Source: Halorhodospira halophila SL1 (GTDB lineage: Bacteria; Pseudomonadota; Gammaproteobacteria; Nitrococcales; Halorhodospiraceae). From it: a stretch of DNA of 32,000 nucleotides. A program made the translations under genes and the position numbers. The notes beneath the pieces were generated by a model. It ran no database searches and had not been told where the DNA came from. It saw only the letters and a list, made by a program, of their open reading frames with translations. Where the stretch lies: NCBI RefSeq assembly GCF_000015585.1, contig NC_008789.1:2430001-2462000 (forward strand), written 5' to 3'. This document shows positions 28,603-32,000 of the stretch, in pieces (positions within the stretch are counted from its first letter, which is position 1; each line of letters opens with the position of its first letter).

Positions 28603-30999
28603 ATGGTCAGTGAGTCGATCCCGCAGCGCATCGCCCAGGAGCTGGGCGTGGGCAACCGGCAAGTCGAGGCCGCCATCGAGCTGCTCGACGGGGGCGCCAC
28701 GGTCCCCTTCATCGCCCGCTACCGCAAGGAGGTCACCGGCGGCCTCGACGACAGCCAGCTCCGCTCGCTCGAGGAACGGCTGACCTACCTGCGTGAGCTC
28801 GACGAGCGCAAGGAGACGGTGCTCAAGGCCATCGACGAACAGGGCAAGCTCACCGACGAGCTGGCCGAGGCCATCCGGACCGCCGAGACCAAGACCCGGG
28901 TCGAGGACCTCTACCGCCCCTACCAGAAGAAGCGCCGCACCAAGGCGCAGATCGCCCGCGAGGCCGGGCTGGAGCCCCTCGCCGACACCCTCCTCGCCGA
29001 CCCGAGCCAGGTCCCCGAGGAGGCGGCGGCGCCCTACGTCACCGGACCCGCCGAGGAAGGGCAGGAGACCCCGGCCGTGGCCGATGTCGAGGCCGCCCTC
29101 GACGGCGCGCGGCAGATCCTCATGGAGCGCTTCGCCGAGGATGCCGACCTGCTTGAGGAACTGCGCGACTACGGCTGGCGCAAGGGCTATCTGGTCAGCC
29201 GCGTGGCCGAGGGCAAAGAGAAGGACGGCGCCCGCTTCCGCGACTACTTCGAGCACGCCGAGCCGCTGCGCAAGATCCCCTCCCACCGCGCCCTGGCCAT
29301 GCTCCGCGGGCAGAGCGAGGAGATCCTGCGCCTGGAGATCGCCTGGTCCGACGCCGAGGCCCGCGGCGAGAGCGACGAGCGCAGCGTCGGTGAGGCGGCC
29401 ATCGCCCGGCGGTTCGCCATCGCCGACCACGGCCGACCGGCCGACGCCTGGCTGGCGCGCACCGTTCGCCTGGCCTGGCGGGCGAAACTCTCCACCCACC
29501 TCGACCTGGCCCTCAAGCGCCAGCTGCGCGAGCAGTCCGAAGAGGAAGCCATCCGCGTCTTCGGCGCCAATCTGGAGGATCTGCTGCTGGCGGCGCCGGC
29601 CGGCCCCAGGCCGACCATCGGCCTCGATCCGGGGCTGCGCACCGGGGTCAAGGTCGCGGTCATCGACGCCACCGGGGCCGTGGTCGATACCGCCACGATC
29701 CACCCCTTCACCAGCCGCAACAAAGACCCCGAGGGATCGCTCAAGAGCCTCGCTGACCTGGCCCGCAAGCACGAGGTGGGGCTGGTGGCCATCGGCAACG
29801 GCACCGCCTCCCGCGAGACCGACGCCCTGGTCGGTGAGCTGATCAAGCGCCACCCGGAGCTGGGCCTCCACAAGGTGGTGGTCTCGGAGGCCGGCGCCTC
29901 GGTCTACTCCGCCTCCGAGCACGCCTCGCGAGAACTCCCCGAGCTGGACGTCTCCCTGCGCGGCGCGGTCTCCATCGCCCGACGCCTGCAGGACCCCCTG
30001 GCCGAGCTGGTGAAGATCGAGCCCAAGTCCATCGGCGTCGGTCAGTACCAGCACGACGTCAATCAGAGCCACCTCGGGCGAAAGCTCGATGCGGTCGTGG
30101 AGGACTGCGTCAACGCCGTCGGCGTGGACGCCAACACCGCCTCGGCGCCGCTGCTCGCCCGCGTCTCCGGCCTCGGCCCGGGCCTGGCCGAGAAGATCGT
30201 CCAGCACCGCTTCGACAACGGCCGCTTCCGCACGCGCAAGGATCTCCAGGGGGTCCCGCGACTCGGCCCCAAGGCCTTTGAACAGGCCGCCGGCTTCCTG
30301 CGCATCCCCCAGGGCGACAACCCGCTGGACGCCTCCGCCGTCCACCCGGAGGCGTACCCGGTGGTCGAGCGGATCTGCGCCGAGACCGGCCGGAGCGTGG
30401 CCGATCTGATCGGCGACGAGGGCTTCCTCGGCGGCCTCGACCCGAAGGCGTACACCGACGAGCGCTTCGGCGAGCCCACGGTGCGCGACATCCTCGGCGA
30501 GCTCGCCAAACCGGGCCGGGACCCGCGCCCCGAGTTCCGTACCGCCGCCTTCCGCGAAGGGGTGGAGAAAATCCAGGATCTGGAACCGGGCATGGTCCTC
30601 GAGGGCACGGTGACCAACGTCGCCAACTTCGGCGCCTTCGTCGATATCGGGGTCCACCAGGACGGGCTGGTGCACATCTCCGCCCTCGCCCACGAATTCG
30701 TCCGCGACCCGCGCGACAAGGTCCGCACCGGGGACGTCGTCCAGGTCAAGGTCATGGAAGTCGACCTGGAGCGCCAGCGGATCGGCCTGTCCATGCGCCT
30801 CGACGACGACCCCAACGCCCAGGCCGAGGGGGGCCGCAAGGGGGCCAATGGCAAGGGCGCCTCGGCCGCCCGGGGCAAGGGCGATGGCTCCGGCAACAAG
30901 GCGACCGGGCGCGGATCGAAGAAGGGCAAGAAGCAGGAAAAGGCCGAACCCGCCACCGCCACAGCGCTGGCCGAGGCCTTCCGCAAGGCCCGCTCCTGA
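28603..30999 (+). CDS. tex: Tex (transcription accessory protein, YqgF/HhH/S1 domains)
   Basis: 798 aa, collinear with E. coli Tex/YhgF ([91 protein letters not shown]1 domain [31 protein letters not shown]). Confidence 0.95.
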   Translation: MVSESIPQRIAQELGVGNRQVEAAIELLDGGATVPFIARYRKEVTGGLDDSQLRSLEERLTYLRELDERKETVLKAIDEQGKLTDELAEAIRTAETKTRVEDLYRPYQKKRRTKAQIAREAGLEPLADTLLADPSQVPEEAAAPYVTGPAEEGQETPAVADVEAALDGARQILMERFAEDADLLEELRDYGWRKGYLVSRVAEGKEKDGARFRDYFEHAEPLRKIPSHRALAMLRGQSEEILRLEIAWSDAEARGESDERSVGEAAIARRFAIADHGRPADAWLARTVRLAWRAKLSTHLDLALKRQLREQSEEEAIRVFGANLEDLLLAAPAGPRPTIGLDPGLRTGVKVAVIDATGAVVDTATIHPFTSRNKDPEGSLKSLADLARKHEVGLVAIGNGTASRETDALVGELIKRHPELGLHKVVVSEAGASVYSASEHASRELPELDVSLRGAVSIARRLQDPLAELVKIEPKSIGVGQYQHDVNQSHLGRKLDAVVEDCVNAVGVDANTASAPLLARVSGLGPGLAEKIVQHRFDNGRFRTRKDLQGVPRLGPKAFEQAAGFLRIPQGDNPLDASAVHPEAYPVVERICAETGRSVADLIGDEGFLGGLDPKAYTDERFGEPTVRDILGELAKPGRDPRPEFRTAAFREGVEKIQDLEPGMVLEGTVTNVANFGAFVDIGVHQDGLVHISALAHEFVRDPRDKVRTGDVVQVKVMEVDLERQRIGLSMRLDDDPNAQAEGGRKGANGKGASAARGKGDGSGNKATGRGSKKGKKQEKAEPATATALAEAFRKARS

Positions 31000-31015
31000 A
31001 GACCACCCGGTGGTT

Positions 31016-31047
31016 CCGGGGCGCGGCGGCCGGTCGCCGCGCCCCGG
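31016..31047 (+). terminator. Perfect 13-bp GC hairpin 17 nt after the tex stop (CCGGGGCGCGGCG-gccggt-CGCCGCGCCCCGG)
   Basis: Read directly. No U-tract follows (GGGC...). Confidence 0.5.
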
Positions 31048-31058
31048 GGCGGCACTCC

Positions 31059-31092
31059 GGACGCAGGGCGGCGCCTTAGCCGCCCTGCGTCC
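31059..31092 (-). terminator. Perfect 14-bp hairpin whose loop contains the uvrA stop codon (GGACGCAGGGCGGC-taaggc-GCCGCCCTGCGTCC on the minus strand)
   Basis: Read directly. The 5' arm is the last 14 coding nt of uvrA (..G T Q G G), the stop TAA is in the loop, and the 3' arm is downstream. Confidence 0.45.
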
Positions 31093-32000
31093 CCCGCTCG
31101 GCAAGGAAGGCCTGCAGCGCCCGACCCGTGGGCGTATCCATGGCCGCCACCGCCTCCGGTGCCCCCGACCCGACGACGGACCCGCCGGCATCGCCACCCT
31201 CCGGGCCCAGGTCGATGACGTGATCCGCCTCGGCGATGACGTCCAGATTGTGCTCGATGACCACCACCGTATGCCCGGCGTCCACCAGGGCGTGGAAGAC
31301 GTCGGTCAGCCGCTGCACGTCGGCGATGTGCAGCCCCACGGTGGGCTCGTCGAGCAGGTAGAGCGTCGGCGCCGCCTGTCTGGCCCGACCCGGTCCGCCG
31401 TCCACCGGCCGCGCCTTGGCTAGTTCGGTCACCAGCTTGAGCCGCTGCGCCTCACCGCCCGAGAGGGTCGGACTGGGCTGCCCCAGGCTGAGGTAGCCGA
31501 GCCCCACGTCACAGAGCAGGCGCAGGACGTGATGGATGCGCGGATGGGCGCTGAAGAAGGCCTGGGCCTCTTCGATGCTCAGCGCCAACACCTGGTCGAT
31601 GCTGTGGCCGGCATAGCGAACCTGGCGCGTCTCCTCGTCGAAGCGGGTCCCGCCGCACACCTCACAGGGGACCTTCACGTCGGGCAGGAAGCTCATCTCC
31701 ACCGTCTTCACCCCCTGGCCGCTGCACGCCTCGCAGCGCCCGCCCTTGGTGTTAAAGGAGAAGCGCGCCGCATCCCAGCCGCGCAGACGCGCCTCTTCCG
31801 TACCGGCGAATAGCCGGCGGATGGGATCCCAGATGCCCACGTAGGTGGCCGGACAGGAGCGCGGCGTGCGACCGATGGGCGTCTGATCCACCTCCAGGAC
31901 CCGCCGCAGGTGCTCGGTACCGGCCACTGCCTGGCATCCCACCGGCTCGGGCACCGGCGCGCCACGCTTGCGGCCGAGCAGCGCCCGGACGCTGGGCTCG
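31076..32000 (-). CDS. uvrA: Excinuclease ABC subunit A (UvrA or UvrA-like paralog), C-terminal part; 5' end outside the window
   Basis: The frame stays open to the window edge. DQTPIGRTPRS.PATY, zinc-finger C..C...C..C (GGRCEACSGQG...VPCEVCGGTRF), ABC signature LSGGEAQRLKL, Walker B LYLLDEPTVGLH and VVVIEHNLDVI. Collinear with E. coli UvrA but with a longer linker after the signature motif. Confidence 0.85.
   Translation of the reverse strand, partial: EPSVRALLGRKRGAPVPEPVGCQAVAGTEHLRRVLEVDQTPIGRTPRSCPATYVGIWDPIRRLFAGTEEARLRGWDAARFSFNTKGGRCEACSGQGVKTVEMSFLPDVKVPCEVCGGTRFDEETRQVRYAGHSIDQVLALSIEEAQAFFSAHPRIHHVLRLLCDVGLGYLSLGQPSPTLSGGEAQRLKLVTELAKARPVDGGPGRARQAAPTLYLLDEPTVGLHIADVQRLTDVFHALVDAGHTVVVIEHNLDVIAEADHVIDLGPEGGDAGGSVVGSGAPEAVAAMDTPTGRALQAFLAERGTQGG

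Noticed and set aside
28594-31197. 867-aa ORF on the minus strand.
   Set aside because: It is antisense to tex, with Gly/Ala/Leu/Arg-rich low-complexity translation. The tex frame is collinear with E. coli Tex over its whole length.

Overview
High-GC bacterial chromosome, almost all conserved housekeeping genes. From the protein sequences I infer a halophilic gammaproteobacterium, Halorhodospira/Ectothiorhodospiraceae-like (very acidic linkers, and a HARP gene).

Gene order:
- tolR' (partial)-tolA-tolB-pal-cpoB, then tRNA-Lys(UUU).
- A roughly 1.8 kb decayed accessory islet: a PLD-like fragment and a truncated S24-like/DUF3427 ORF.
- An unknown ORF, an Rrf2/NsrR-like regulator and a short-form hybrid-cluster protein (hcp).
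- A UbiH-family hydroxylase, then aspS.
- A KaiA-less kaiC-kaiB pair, an FmdB zinc-ribbon gene, an SLT-like lipoprotein and an SDR.
- clpB with a near-consensus sigma32 promoter, a PleD-like REC-REC-GGDEF cyclase, pgeF, rluD and bamD.
- glnB, nadE, sucD and sucC.
- A small membrane zinc-finger protein, an orphan type IV pilin with an atypical leader, a protein-only RNase P (HARP) homolog, and a RAYT-like gene lacking its catalytic residues.
- tex, then uvrA' (partial).

No CRISPR array, rRNA, integrase or intact IS element was seen.

The most notable items are the kaiCB module (KaiC ends before the A-loop), the HARP gene convergently overlapping an apparently inactivated RAYT homolog, the decayed tRNA-Lys islet, and a 282-bp (E/D)-P coding repeat in tolA.

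All family assignments come from reading the translations and recalling reference sequences. No database search was run.
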